A stretch of 64,000 nucleotides of DNA from an uncultured Candidatus Saccharibacteria bacterium (GTDB lineage: Bacteria; Patescibacteriota; Minisyncoccia; Phycocordibacterales; UBA9973): contig CAZYIA010000001.1 in NCBI GenBank assembly GCA_964646765.1, positions 274,105 to 338,104 of the forward strand, in the 5' to 3' direction. Shown here in pieces: positions 1 through 9,782 of the stretch (position 1 is the first letter of the stretch; each line of letters begins with the position of its first letter). The notes below the pieces were generated by a model. It searched no databases and was not told where the DNA came from. It worked only from the letters and a program-made list of their open reading frames with translations. Position numbers and translations under genes: made by a program.

Positions 1-692
1 AAGACATTTACACCTAAACTATGCAAACGCTGCAATACTCTAGCTGACACTTTCGGTGGCAACGCAGGAGCAAGCCGTGGAGCAGATTCAATAAGATCAA
101 CAGTGATGAATGATGGATCAACACCATAATGTTTTGCGAGCATTTCAAGATACGATACTAGATCGCCTGCTACCTCACATCCTGTTGGCCCACCACCAAC
201 AACAATAACGTGGAAGTGTGCAACCATTTCACGCGGGTCAGGATTTGCATGATCAGCGAACAAGAGATGAAGGTGGCGTTTTAAATTCATTGCTTCCTTT
301 GCCGATTTAAAGCCAAAGGAGAGCGTGGAAAGGCCAGGTAGCCCAAAATAAGTTGTTTCTGAACCAAGAGCAAGCACGAGGTAGTCAGCTTCATACATTT
401 TACCTGATGCACAGGTTACTTTTTTCTCTGTCAGATCAACTGCTGTAACGGTGTCGAGAATAACCTCAACCCCTGAAGGAAGCATATCGGTAAGCGGCAC
501 ACATACTTCAATTGGTGAAGCGCCGGTAATCAATCGATACAGTGCTGGATAATATTCAAAGTACGATTTATTTGAAATAAGACTAACTGAAAGTTTTTTA
601 CCAGCTTGTTGCTGTAACTTTCGCGCAGCTTCTACACCGGCGAATCCGCCGCCAATAATTAAGGCGTGCTTTCCTGTTTTCGTTTCTTGCAT
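1..692 (-). CDS. ndh: Type II NADH dehydrogenase-like FAD-dependent oxidoreductase (3' end beyond window)
   Basis: Manual translation MQETKTGKHALIIGGGFAGVRAA...LVLALGS...VIVVGGGPTGCEVAG; two Rossmann GxG motifs typical of NDH-2. Confidence 0.85.
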   Translation of the reverse strand, partial: MQETKTGKHALIIGGGFAGVEAARKLQQQAGKKLSVSLISNKSYFEYYPALYRLITGASPIEVCVPLTDMLPSGVEVILDTVTAVDLTEKKVTCASGKMYEADYLVLALGSETTYFGLPGLSTLSFGFKSAKEAMNLKRHLHLLFADHANPDPREMVAHFHVIVVGGGPTGCEVAGDLVSYLEMLAKHYGVDPSFITVDLIESAPRLAPALPPKVSARVLQRLHSLGVNV

Positions 693-750
693 ACGGAGTA
701 TTGTACCAAAGCGGTAAAAAAGTGAAAGAAATTAGGGCTTTTTTGACAAT

Positions 751-778
751 TGTAAGAATTTGTGTGCAAAAGCGTCTT
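751..778 (+). promoter_or_regulatory. Candidate ECF sigma promoter TGTAAG-N16-CGTCTT
   Basis: Same hexamers and spacing as the motif directly upstream of the ECF sigma gene. Confidence 0.6.
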
Positions 779-827
779 CATTTCCGAACCGAGAAAACAC
801 TATATTATCTAACCAAAAACCAATACC

Positions 828-992
828 ATGTTTAACAAAAAATTTATCATCGCAAACATTTTTCACTCTCTATCTATGATGGAGAACAGCCCGAAGTTCA
901 CATTTATTTTTTTCACCGTATTTATGTTTATCTTGTGCTCCTTCTTTTTGTACCAATTTGTTTTCCTTCCAAGGAAAAATAGCCATGAATAG
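828..992 (+). CDS. Small 54-aa membrane protein
   Basis: MFNKKFIIANIFHSLSMMENSPKFTFIFFTVFMFILCSFFLYQFVFLPRKNSHE; one TM segment; A-rich initiation region; promoter upstream. Confidence 0.5.
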   Translation: MFNKKFIIANIFHSLSMMENSPKFTFIFFTVFMFILCSFFLYQFVFLPRKNSHE

Positions 993-1090
993 CTCCGGTA
1001 CAACTCAAAAACATTTGCAGGCACCCAGACTTCCCCGTTTGGGTCCTTGTACTAGATGCCAAATCTAAGAAAAGACGTTATACTAGAGCA

Positions 1091-1118
1091 TGTAAGGGAA
1101 TTCTTTCTTTTCCGTCTT
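1091..1118 (+). promoter_or_regulatory. Autoregulatory ECF promoter TGTAAG-N16-CGTCTT
   Basis: ECF-type -35 GTAA and -10 CGTC; 5 nt before the sigma ATG. Confidence 0.7.
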
Positions 1119-1123
1119 AATCT

Positions 1124-1639
1124 ATGAAGTCCGATATGACAACAGAAGAGGCTTACCTAAAAGCCTACGATTTGTATAACGATGCCATTTTTAGGTACTG
1201 CCTTTTTGAAACTTCAAACCGCGAGATAGCGCTTGACCTCGCCCAAGACACTTTCATGAAAGTATGGGAGTATCTCCAAGCTGGAAACACTATCGAAAAT
1301 ATGCGGGCATTCCTCTATCGGGTAGCTGGTAACTTAGTTATCGACTATCGCCGAAAGAAAAAGGCGACTTCTCTCGATGCTCTTCTAGATGAAGGTTTCG
1401 ATGTCGGCCACGATGAAAAATCGAAGACCATTGATGTAATTGATGGCCGAAAAGTTATGGAATTAATGAATGAGATTCCTGAAAAGTATCGTGATGTTAT
1501 CATCATGCGATATGTTGAAGACCTTTCAATAAAAGAAATTGCAGAGGTAACTGGCGAAACAGAAAATAATATTTCTGTTCGCTTACACCGCGGACTCGAT
1601 CGAGTTCGTACTCTGGTTGAAGATCAGGAATCAAAATAA
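1124..1639 (+). CDS. ECF sigma-70 family RNA polymerase sigma factor
   Basis: Region 2 (DLAQDTFMKVW, RAFLYRVAGNLVIDYRRKK) and region 4 HTH (LSIKEIAEV...SVRLHRG). Confidence 0.95.
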   Translation: MKSDMTTEEAYLKAYDLYNDAIFRYCLFETSNREIALDLAQDTFMKVWEYLQAGNTIENMRAFLYRVAGNLVIDYRRKKKATSLDALLDEGFDVGHDEKSKTIDVIDGRKVMELMNEIPEKYRDVIIMRYVEDLSIKEIAEVTGETENNISVRLHRGLDRVRTLVEDQESK

Positions 1640-1643
1640 CGAT

Positions 1644-2735
1644 ATGGAAAACTTTACAGAACAACTGAAAAACGCAAAAAATATCCGAATGACGGATACT
1701 GAAAAAGCTCGCATGCGCGAGACGCTGATTTCCCATATGGAAAAGTTTCCGCTTGCTGAAACTACTACCACACAGATTCGTTCCGTACCAAAGACGAGCA
1801 CGGCTTCTCCCTACAGCATCCCTTCAGTATGGAGTGGCGCGGTCTTTCTTCGAATTGCAGCTAGTGCTCTTGCGCTAGTTCTCCTGATTGGATCTTCGGC
1901 AACCTTTGCTTCTGCAAACGCTACTCCGGGTTCTCTTCTCTACCCTGTTCGAATTCACGTAAAAGAAAAAGTTGAACGTGCTCTTATAACTGCTCCAGAG
2001 AAGAAACTTGCATATGACCAAGGACGTATTGAAACTCGTATTTCAGAACTGGAAACTCTAGCTGACACTACGAACCCGGATGATACTGATGCAGTACTCA
2101 CAGCAAAAGCGGCATTTACCGAGAACCTTTCTGACTTCCAAACAACACTCAAAGAAACTGAGAGTTCTGGCCGGTTGGCAGTGAGCGTAAAAACTCGTGA
2201 ACAAGTGCTCGCTCGACTTTCAGCATATGCAGATCCAGTTGCTCCTGTTATGGCAACTATGAGCTTGGCCGCAGCAAAGACTGCTCCAGAAACTGCCGCT
2301 CCTACCCTTATGAAAACTAGCGTAAGAATGGACACAGGAGCTTCTGCTGAAGTAGAAGAAAACCAAGATACACCACTAATACCGGTTACCTCTAGTGACA
2401 AGAAGGAAAAAAATAAACTCAAAGAAAGTATTCATGAACTCTTGAAAGTTGGCCGAGAACAAATCTTGGAAACTGCTCAACGAGACGGAGCTGCTAGTAT
2501 GGAACAGCAATCTCCAGATGTAGAACCAGTAACTGATACGTTATCTGTAAATGAAAACACTGAAGCAACTAGTGAAAACGGAACTGAAGCTACTTCTACA
2601 AGTAATACAAATAACGAAGTTCCTAGATCTTCAAATAGCACAGGAACACCTAAGTCCACCTTGGAAGACTCTTTCAAGAGCACTATAACCGCAAGCGTTA
2701 ACCAATCAGCACCTATCCATACGGTTCCTCGCTAG
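1644..2735 (+). CDS. Putative anti-sigma membrane protein (DUF5667-like domain, disordered C-terminus)
   Basis: Directly after the sigma gene; TM helix then ATPGSLLYPVRIHVKEKV motif; start moved to MENF. Confidence 0.7.
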   Translation: MENFTEQLKNAKNIRMTDTEKARMRETLISHMEKFPLAETTTTQIRSVPKTSTASPYSIPSVWSGAVFLRIAASALALVLLIGSSATFASANATPGSLLYPVRIHVKEKVERALITAPEKKLAYDQGRIETRISELETLADTTNPDDTDAVLTAKAAFTENLSDFQTTLKETESSGRLAVSVKTREQVLARLSAYADPVAPVMATMSLAAAKTAPETAAPTLMKTSVRMDTGASAEVEENQDTPLIPVTSSDKKEKNKLKESIHELLKVGREQILETAQRDGAASMEQQSPDVEPVTDTLSVNENTEATSENGTEATSTSNTNNEVPRSSNSTGTPKSTLEDSFKSTITASVNQSAPIHTVPR

Positions 2736-2747
2736 CCAACGACACTA

Positions 2748-2776
2748 AAAAAGCGGGATTTCTTCCCGCTTTTTTT
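2748..2776. terminator. Bidirectional intrinsic terminator
   Basis: aaaaaagcggga-tttct-tcccgctttttt between convergent genes. Confidence 0.8.
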
Positions 2777-5578
2777 CTATTCGAGAATACTTTTTAAAAT
2801 ATCTTCAGGAACTTCTTTTGAAGCAGTAGACTCTTTTCGAGAAACATTAGATTCTGGAGAGGTTTCAGAAACTGACTCTGGTGATGAAGTTTCTTCCTTC
2901 GCTAATTCTTGCTCACGGGCTTTTCGCTCCTCTTCTAACTTCTTTTCTTGTTCTAAGGTTCGAGCTTCGGCTTCTTCTGCCGCCTTAAGAGCTTTTTGTT
3001 TTTCTTCTTGCTCAATTTTCACAGCCGCTTCAAGTCGGGCTTTTTCTTGCTGTTCTTTCCGAAGAGCTTCTTCATGGGCTACTTTGAGGGCTTCTGCTTC
3101 TCGTTTCCGTTCTTCTTCGGCCTTACGAACAACTTCTATTTCGAGTGCCTTCTTTTCTGCCTCAAATTTTTGACGCTCCTCTTCCTGCACTCGACGAACT
3201 TTTTCGAGAGCCTCCTGCTTTTCTTTTTCAATTTTTTCTTCAAGTGCTTTCTTTTCTGCCTCAATTCGTTCTTTTTCCTCTTTAGTTTTACGTTCCCGCT
3301 CTAGTGCTTCTTGCTTTTCGCGAAGAAGAGCCTCTTCTTGAGCTGTATGTTTTTCTTCATTAATGGTAGTGGTAGTTGGATCTTCACCACGTAGGACTGG
3401 ATCTATGTTTTTTGGTTCATTAAGTTCAGCTTCCTCGGCAAGTCCAATACCAGCTTGAGAAAGGGCTGTAGCCAGCGTATTTTTTGTTTCTTCTGCTGCT
3501 TCTTTCTTAGGAGTCATGAAAACAGGAGAAGCTACTGTTGGTGCATCTTTTTTAAGTGCAGAAAGCGATATTGTTTCTTGAGGCTTTTCAATAACTGGTT
3601 CAGCTATACCTTCTTGTTCTATCGGCTTTGTAGCAACTGCTGGCTTAGCTGGAGCGCCCATTGTTTTTGAAAGCGCTTGATTTAGGATACTTCGAAGTCC
3701 AGCGGTATCGGGAGCTTTACGTTCTTTTGTTACAGGAACTTTTACTACTCGAGGTGGCGGCGTGCGTGGAAGATCATCTTTTTTTGCTCCATCCGGAGTT
3801 TTTATACTCTGAGGCACTCGAAACGCCGTTTGCACTTGCGGTTGTATTTGTACTTGAGCTTCAGATGGCTTCTTATAAGCCCCTTTCGGTAATGGCATAT
3901 CATCTTTACCAGCCTTAATAACCCCAATAGGCGGCATATCAGGCCGATCTACCACGGGACGAACTTTTGGTCGTTCGCCAGTAGATCCTCCCCAATCACT
4001 CCTTGGTTTCGAAGAACCACCGGTAAATTCAATACCGAGCGCGGCAAGTGCATCGTATGAAATATTATCTTTCTTTTCTTTTGGTGGACGGAACCCTGGT
4101 GCCGGTTCAAGTTCACCTTGCTTAATTTTAAAAAGACATTCTTTACAATAAATTGGCAAACCTGGTTCTGGTTCAAACGGAACGTAAATGGATTTTTTAC
4201 AATTAGTACATTCAGCGCGATATTTGCCAACAGCTTCACTTCCCGCATTTTCTGGGTTACTGGTTCCTTGGCCAGGCACCGTTGAACTCCAACGGTTAAT
4301 TTCCTCCTCTACATCAGTGCGCGAACGAGTATACATGCGGCGTGAAGTATCAATAATATACTGTTCGGTTTCTTTTGATTCGTGCACCTCAAGTGGCGGC
4401 AAGGTTTTTGCTGAAAATGGTCGCGAGGTAACCCCATCCACCATGAGCTTTGCATAAATATGATAGTTCGGAAGGTTTACGAAATCTTCAATGACGAATT
4501 CCGGTTCAAATTCTTTTTCGAGTGCTTCGGCATCTTCTGCGCCAACACGGAAGATGATAATTGTTCCAACGTTACCAAACACGGCATCTTTCACCGCGCT
4601 ACCAGTTTCAGTTTCAAGCTGGGCAACATATTGATGCGCAATAGTAAGACATAAGCGATATTTTCGAGCTTCTGAAAGAATAGAAGCAAATGAATCGGTT
4701 ACGAAGTTTTGGAACTCGTCTACAAAAAGATAAAAGTCTTCACGCTTATTTTCTGGAATGCGCACACGCTCCATAGCGGAAAGCTGAATTTTGGTAATGA
4801 GCATTGCACCAAGAAGTGCTGAGTTATCTTCACCAATACGGCCTTTCGACACATTAACCAGAAAGATTTTTTTCTGGTTCATAATATCGAAAATGTTTAT
4901 AGTTGAACGCTGCTGGCCCACTACGTTACGTACGATATTTGATGAAAGGAATTGACCAACTTTGTTTTGAATCGGCGCAATAGCTTCATTACGAAACTGG
5001 TCACGCCATGCTTCATATTCGTGCACCCAAAAAGCCTTCACCACAGGGTCTTTCAAATTCCCGATGATGTACTGACGATAGTCCTTATCCACTAGCATAC
5101 GCGGAATACCAAGAAGTGTGGTATTAGGCGTATCGAGAAGCGCTAAAATGGTGTTGTTCAAAATATATTCCATTCGAGACGACCATGCGTTCGCCCAAAT
5201 TTTGGTGAAAATTCCCATCAAACCTGAAGCCACCAAGTGTTTATACTTCGGGTCATCAAGTTGCATTGGGTTAAAACCAATTGGAAAATCCGTATCCGCT
5301 GGATTGAGGTATACGACATCTTCTGCACGTTCTTTAGGAACAGCCGTTATGATTTTTTCTACGAGTTCACCGTGCGGATCTACCACACAAACACCTTCAC
5401 CGGTACGGATATTCTGGATAATCATGTTCTCCAGCATCACAGACTTACCGGTACCAGATTTACCAAGCACGTACATGTGCTGGCGTCGGTCTTTACGCTT
5501 AATGCCGAAAACTTGATCCATGCCACGGAAATGTGTCCGGGCAAAATATGTAATGTCCTGGTTTAGTGGAACTTCCAT
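2777..5578 (-). CDS. VirD4/TrwB/HerA-like P-loop ATPase with CxxC-x17-CxxC domain and long Pro-rich/coiled-coil tail
   Basis: Walker A GKSGTGKS, DPHG, Walker B LFVDEFQNF, SEARKY; CTNC-x17-CKEC. Confidence 0.85.
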   Translation of the reverse strand: MEVPLNQDITYFARTHFRGMDQVFGIKRKDRRQHMYVLGKSGTGKSVMLENMIIQNIRTGEGVCVVDPHGELVEKIITAVPKERAEDVVYLNPADTDFPIGFNPMQLDDPKYKHLVASGLMGIFTKIWANAWSSRMEYILNNTILALLDTPNTTLLGIPRMLVDKDYRQYIIGNLKDPVVKAFWVHEYEAWRDQFRNEAIAPIQNKVGQFLSSNIVRNVVGQQRSTINIFDIMNQKKIFLVNVSKGRIGEDNSALLGAMLITKIQLSAMERVRIPENKREDFYLFVDEFQNFVTDSFASILSEARKYRLCLTIAHQYVAQLETETGSAVKDAVFGNVGTIIIFRVGAEDAEALEKEFEPEFVIEDFVNLPNYHIYAKLMVDGVTSRPFSAKTLPPLEVHESKETEQYIIDTSRRMYTRSRTDVEEEINRWSSTVPGQGTSNPENAGSEAVGKYRAECTNCKKSIYVPFEPEPGLPIYCKECLFKIKQGELEPAPGFRPPKEKKDNISYDALAALGIEFTGGSSKPRSDWGGSTGERPKVRPVVDRPDMPPIGVIKAGKDDMPLPKGAYKKPSEAQVQIQPQVQTAFRVPQSIKTPDGAKKDDLPRTPPPRVVKVPVTKERKAPDTAGLRSILNQALSKTMGAPAKPAVATKPIEQEGIAEPVIEKPQETISLSALKKDAPTVASPVFMTPKKEAAEETKNTLATALSQAGIGLAEEAELNEPKNIDPVLRGEDPTTTTINEEKHTAQEEALLREKQEALERERKTKEEKERIEAEKKALEEKIEKEKQEALEKVRRVQEEERQKFEAEKKALEIEVVRKAEEERKREAEALKVAHEEALRKEQQEKARLEAAVKIEQEEKQKALKAAEEAEARTLEQEKKLEEERKAREQELAKEETSSPESVSETSPESNVSRKESTASKEVPEDILKSILE

Positions 5579-5713
5579 TTTCTAATCCGCCTCATAGGAG
5601 AGGTTATTTAAAGTTACCTCACAAGTATACCATACTAGGCAAACGAAAGATGAGTTCTTTGACTCAAAGTTAATTTGTGTGCTTAAATTGACCGAATTTA
5701 AAAAGTGAACTAT

Positions 5714-6247
5714 ATGGAAAAAAACGTGGAATTAAATTTTGACTTAACCTTTGATGAAAGCGTAACAATTTACTTTGAAGAATCTGCGCATTCCTTCAAA
5801 ACAAAGTTTTCAGCTACCTTAATGCTTATGGCTATTGCCCACACCCATTTTCGCGGAAGTATGCACAAGGTACTCCGTAGTATTGATACTATCAACCGTG
5901 CTGATATTTTACTTTCAGGAAAAACAGTTAATGAAATAACGAAAGTAAAAAAATTTTTACGCGCACATAAACTCACAGGAACTACATACCGATACTTACA
6001 TGCGTACTGCTACAACTACTTTGTCGAAAAACCAAAGTTTATACAATACCAATCTTTAGGAGAACCTCATGCAGGTGAACTACTCTTACCGTGTGGTCTC
6101 AGATTTATATCTCTATACCAACAAAACTTACTTATCGAAGTAGAAACCTACTATGAGCAATCACTCATTAAAGACTGGGAATACGAGGAACTCCGGTACC
6201 TCATATATAAAAGTGATTTACGTCCCCATAACCCCCTTTTGAACTAA
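5714..6247 (+). CDS. Orphan hypothetical protein
   Basis: 177-aa AT-rich ORF with its own downstream hairpin at about 6253-6286. Confidence 0.6.
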   Translation: MEKNVELNFDLTFDESVTIYFEESAHSFKTKFSATLMLMAIAHTHFRGSMHKVLRSIDTINRADILLSGKTVNEITKVKKFLRAHKLTGTTYRYLHAYCYNYFVEKPKFIQYQSLGEPHAGELLLPCGLRFISLYQQNLLIEVETYYEQSLIKDWEYEELRYLIYKSDLRPHNPLLN

Positions 6248-6285
6248 CAAGTAACAACCTGCTTTCCTCGGCAGGTTGTTCTTTT

Positions 6286-7950
6286 TTATGCAAACGCTTG
6301 GTTATAACAACTTTCGCAGTAGAGAATTTCCGGTCGGTTGGGAGAATATGATGACTCAATTTTTTTATTGCAATTTGCGCATTCTCGAGTGAAGAGCTTA
6401 TTTGGCCCGCGAGCTTTAAATCGGCGCAGGTGTCGACATTCGGGACATTGCCGCGGAAGTGGAATAGAAAGTTTTTTATAGAACGTAAACTCATTTGGAA
6501 TAATGCGATAATTCTTTTTACATTCGGTACACTCAAAAATTTCTTTTACAATCTCGTCCTTTGTTTTGCCAATTGAATCTGATACATCAGCCCAGCTAAT
6601 TGTCGCTTTTCCGAATGTTCCTCGCGGCGTTTCTTCCCACTTAAAACCCTGAGCGAGAGCTTCTTCTTTCGTAAGTGGGTACTCAATCATAGCTGATGAT
6701 TCGTTATAACCGAAAGAAGAAAAAGTAGCCGGATAAAATTCACCATAACTTCCCTCTTGTTTCATTTTTGCTACTATTTCGGAGCGCAACTTTTCATATT
6801 CTTCTGGAGAATATTGCTTATTTAAGATCGTGTTTTTTGCTTTTCGAAAACCAACGCAACCAAAAATATTTTGGGAGTTTGGACAATTCACGGAGTAACC
6901 AACGAACTGAGAGCTCCAACAATAGAATCCGCAAATAACATTGGACCCTTCAATACCAGTATTCATGGTGTTGTAGAGTAACTCCGCTCCACGACCAGCA
7001 GTATTACAGTCCATGCAGTCTTTAGCCCCACGCCAAGCATGTACCGAATAGGCACAATCTTCGGCGTCATACGAATGAAAACAATGGCGATTATTTTTAA
7101 CGTTTGTCATGTAATTCCCAGTCGAATTGTAAACGTTATACACTTCGGCAAATTTTCGTGGCTGATCTTTAATAAACTCTGTAAATTGTTTTCGAAAAGC
7201 CTCTACTCCAGAATGAGTATCGAGACGAAACTCTGCTAACTTTTTTTCGTATTCTTCTTTAGAATATTGTGCATTAAAAATACAGTATTTTTGATTACGA
7301 AGATTAATACAGCCTAAACAATTAGTGCAGCCGCGACAATCCAACAAAAATGCACTATCGGTACATGAGTGGACGCTTTTACAATACTTAATTCCGTATG
7401 AATCATAGCAGTCATCAACTTCGTACGATCGTTCAACCTGTTGGGTAAATGAACAATCGACGAGATCTTTTGAAACTTGAATCCAATATGAGTGAATTGC
7501 ATCTTCATTGTTTGAACTTTCAATAACGAAATAACAATTTTTATTGTCAGCCGCGTAATTCATGTACTCACAATTAACTGCCCGCATAGAAACAAGGCCT
7601 GGTTTTGGCACTTTCATCCATAGTTCATACCACTGATCGAGAAATGGCCGCGATGGATCATAGTCCATAGCGTAATCTGCCCCGCTCCAGTCTTCCGAAA
7701 ACCAACAGTCATAACACCAAACCACATCAGGTTTATTCAGCGAAAACTGACAGATAGTATCTTTTTTACACTTATCACAAGGACGCTTATAAAAACTGCG
7801 TTCGTTGCGAAAATTAAGCCGTAATTGGGATCGGCATTCCGGACATAGTTTTGGCGGCAATACACCTATTTTTTCATAGAAGGAAAAATCATCAGGTTCG
7901 ATAACAAATTCACTATTACATTTAGTGCAAAATCGATTTTCTGTCGCCAT
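6286..7950 (-). CDS. Cys-rich zinc-ribbon/repeat protein (CPR family), paralog 2
   Basis: N-terminal CxxC, PPKLCPEC, Cys/Ser/Asn repeats, LPRQCPECRH, C-terminal CxxC-x17-CxxC. Confidence 0.85.
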   Translation of the reverse strand: MATENRFCTKCNSEFVIEPDDFSFYEKIGVLPPKLCPECRSQLRLNFRNERSFYKRPCDKCKKDTICQFSLNKPDVVWCYDCWFSEDWSGADYAMDYDPSRPFLDQWYELWMKVPKPGLVSMRAVNCEYMNYAADNKNCYFVIESSNNEDAIHSYWIQVSKDLVDCSFTQQVERSYEVDDCYDSYGIKYCKSVHSCTDSAFLLDCRGCTNCLGCINLRNQKYCIFNAQYSKEEYEKKLAEFRLDTHSGVEAFRKQFTEFIKDQPRKFAEVYNVYNSTGNYMTNVKNNRHCFHSYDAEDCAYSVHAWRGAKDCMDCNTAGRGAELLYNTMNTGIEGSNVICGFYCWSSQFVGYSVNCPNSQNIFGCVGFRKAKNTILNKQYSPEEYEKLRSEIVAKMKQEGSYGEFYPATFSSFGYNESSAMIEYPLTKEEALAQGFKWEETPRGTFGKATISWADVSDSIGKTKDEIVKEIFECTECKKNYRIIPNEFTFYKKLSIPLPRQCPECRHLRRFKARGPNKLFTRECANCNKKIESSYSPNRPEILYCESCYNQAFA

Positions 7951-7968
7951 TTTTCGATTCTAGCACGC

Positions 7969-9717
7969 TTACAAATAACGTGCCTGGTAACAGCTCTCGC
8001 AGTAAATAGTTTCTGGCTTTTCTGGGGCATAGGTCGTTTCAAATTCGTTTGAGCACGCTCCAGAATGCTGGTGACCAGTTTCATCACACTGACACTTTCG
8101 GTGCCATAATTTCATCGGACCCCGAGAACGGAGACGCATGTAATGACGACAGTTTGGGCAAAGGCTAGGTAATGGCAAGCCAAGTCGTTTATAAAACTGG
8201 AGTTCCTGTGGCACTAGGCGAAACGCTTTCGAACATAAATGTCCTTCACAGGCACCTTGGTGGGCGCATTCGATAACTTCGTTTAAAATAGTACTTTCAT
8301 TTACTTCAGACAGTGAATTTGGAACAGTATCTTTACTCATCGTAATGGTATAAGACTTTTCTTCTGGTTCTTTCCAAGTAAAACCCTGGGCCAAGGCTTC
8401 TTCTTTTGAGAGTGGGTAGTAATCAAAAGCAATAGTTTCGTTGTAGGCAAACGGCGAAAGTTCAGCCGGGAAAAATTCTCCAAACTTGTATACTCTTCCC
8501 TTTCCATCTTGGTACGGCATGGCATTCATGTGCTCAATAATCTTCGGCACAAGTTTTTCGTATTCTTCTTTGGTATAGCGCTTGTTTAAAATCGAGTAAC
8601 TACCATTCTTCACTCCGACACAACCAAAGCAATTCTGGTTCGATGGTGAGTTGTAGAGATACATTGAGTTTGTCGATGACTTTGCATAAATGCAGAACGA
8701 AACATTTTGACAGCCTGAGAACACGCCAAACGAGTCATAAATGAGCTCAGAACCATGACCAGCATGTGAAGCGTTTCGAGCATCTTTTATATCACCGCCT
8801 GAAAGAAAGAAGTTTTTTAAATCTTCTGAACCAGGAACTAAATCAAAACAGTTAATACAGTTTTTAGCATTGGCAATATTATCACCGGTGCAATTAACTG
8901 ATTTAATAATGTGGGCGAAACGATGCGGAAACGTCAGCTTAAATTCCTCAAATTGCTTACGGACTTTTTCTAAGCCTAGACGAGTATCAAGCTTCAGTTC
9001 TTTTGCCTTCGCTTCATATTCTTCTTTTGAATATTCTTGGTTAAAAATGCAGTGCGATTTATTGCGGAGCGAAACACAACCAATACAGTTGTCACAATTT
9101 ACACAGTCATACAGAAACGTTGAATCCGAACAGCTTTTACAATATTGACCATAGCGAAGCTTGTAACATTCTTGCGAATCAGTACACTCGTAGCACAAAT
9201 TACATTTCTCAACCAAATATAAATCCTGACTATCACGAGAATGCATATTAAAAGTACTGTAGGAGCAATCTTCATTGTAGTCACCACCAAAAACGAGATA
9301 GCAATTTTTATTACTCTCAGTACAGTTACAGTAATCACTATTCACCGCATTCCAGTTCATGAGCGAAGGCCACGGCACTTCGCGAATTAGTTCCTTGAGT
9401 TGTTCAAAAAACGGCTTTGAAAAATCAACATCTTTGCCATAGCTATATGGATCCCAGCCATCACCCCACCAATATTCGCGATCATAAACCGTTAGTGGCT
9501 TGTCGTCAGAATAGATAGAGATTATTTTTTGACCTTCTTTTCCGGGGGCGTTATCAGTACGTCGATACAGAACATTTTGGTTGCGAAACACCATGCGGCG
9601 CACGAACTGACATTCTGGACACCAAGTTGGTGGCGGCACTTTCATTTTCTGATAAAAGGCTAAATCATCCGCATCCAACAAAAATATCTTACTGCAATTT
9701 TTACAGGCAACTTCCAT
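7969..9717 (-). CDS. Cys-rich zinc-ribbon/repeat protein (CPR family), paralog 1
   Basis: Same architecture (PPPTWCPEC...LPSLCPNCRH...YCESCY); start moved to MEVAC, 6 nt after TACTAT. Confidence 0.85.
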   Translation of the reverse strand: MEVACKNCSKIFLLDADDLAFYQKMKVPPPTWCPECQFVRRMVFRNQNVLYRRTDNAPGKEGQKIISIYSDDKPLTVYDREYWWGDGWDPYSYGKDVDFSKPFFEQLKELIREVPWPSLMNWNAVNSDYCNCTESNKNCYLVFGGDYNEDCSYSTFNMHSRDSQDLYLVEKCNLCYECTDSQECYKLRYGQYCKSCSDSTFLYDCVNCDNCIGCVSLRNKSHCIFNQEYSKEEYEAKAKELKLDTRLGLEKVRKQFEEFKLTFPHRFAHIIKSVNCTGDNIANAKNCINCFDLVPGSEDLKNFFLSGGDIKDARNASHAGHGSELIYDSFGVFSGCQNVSFCIYAKSSTNSMYLYNSPSNQNCFGCVGVKNGSYSILNKRYTKEEYEKLVPKIIEHMNAMPYQDGKGRVYKFGEFFPAELSPFAYNETIAFDYYPLSKEEALAQGFTWKEPEEKSYTITMSKDTVPNSLSEVNESTILNEVIECAHQGACEGHLCSKAFRLVPQELQFYKRLGLPLPSLCPNCRHYMRLRSRGPMKLWHRKCQCDETGHQHSGACSNEFETTYAPEKPETIYCESCYQARYL

Positions 9718-9782
9718 ATGCCTATAGTACTCAAAAATGCTCCGTATACAAACCAACGGAGGACTGTGTCAAAATAGTGACA

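Noticed and set aside
2996-5566. Several + strand ORFs, some Phe-rich
   Set aside because: Antisense shadows of the E/K-rich ATPase gene
6286-9717. Possible DGR or repeat-diversified pair
   Set aside because: Paralogs diverge throughout; no reverse transcriptase or adenine-specific TR/VR pair seen
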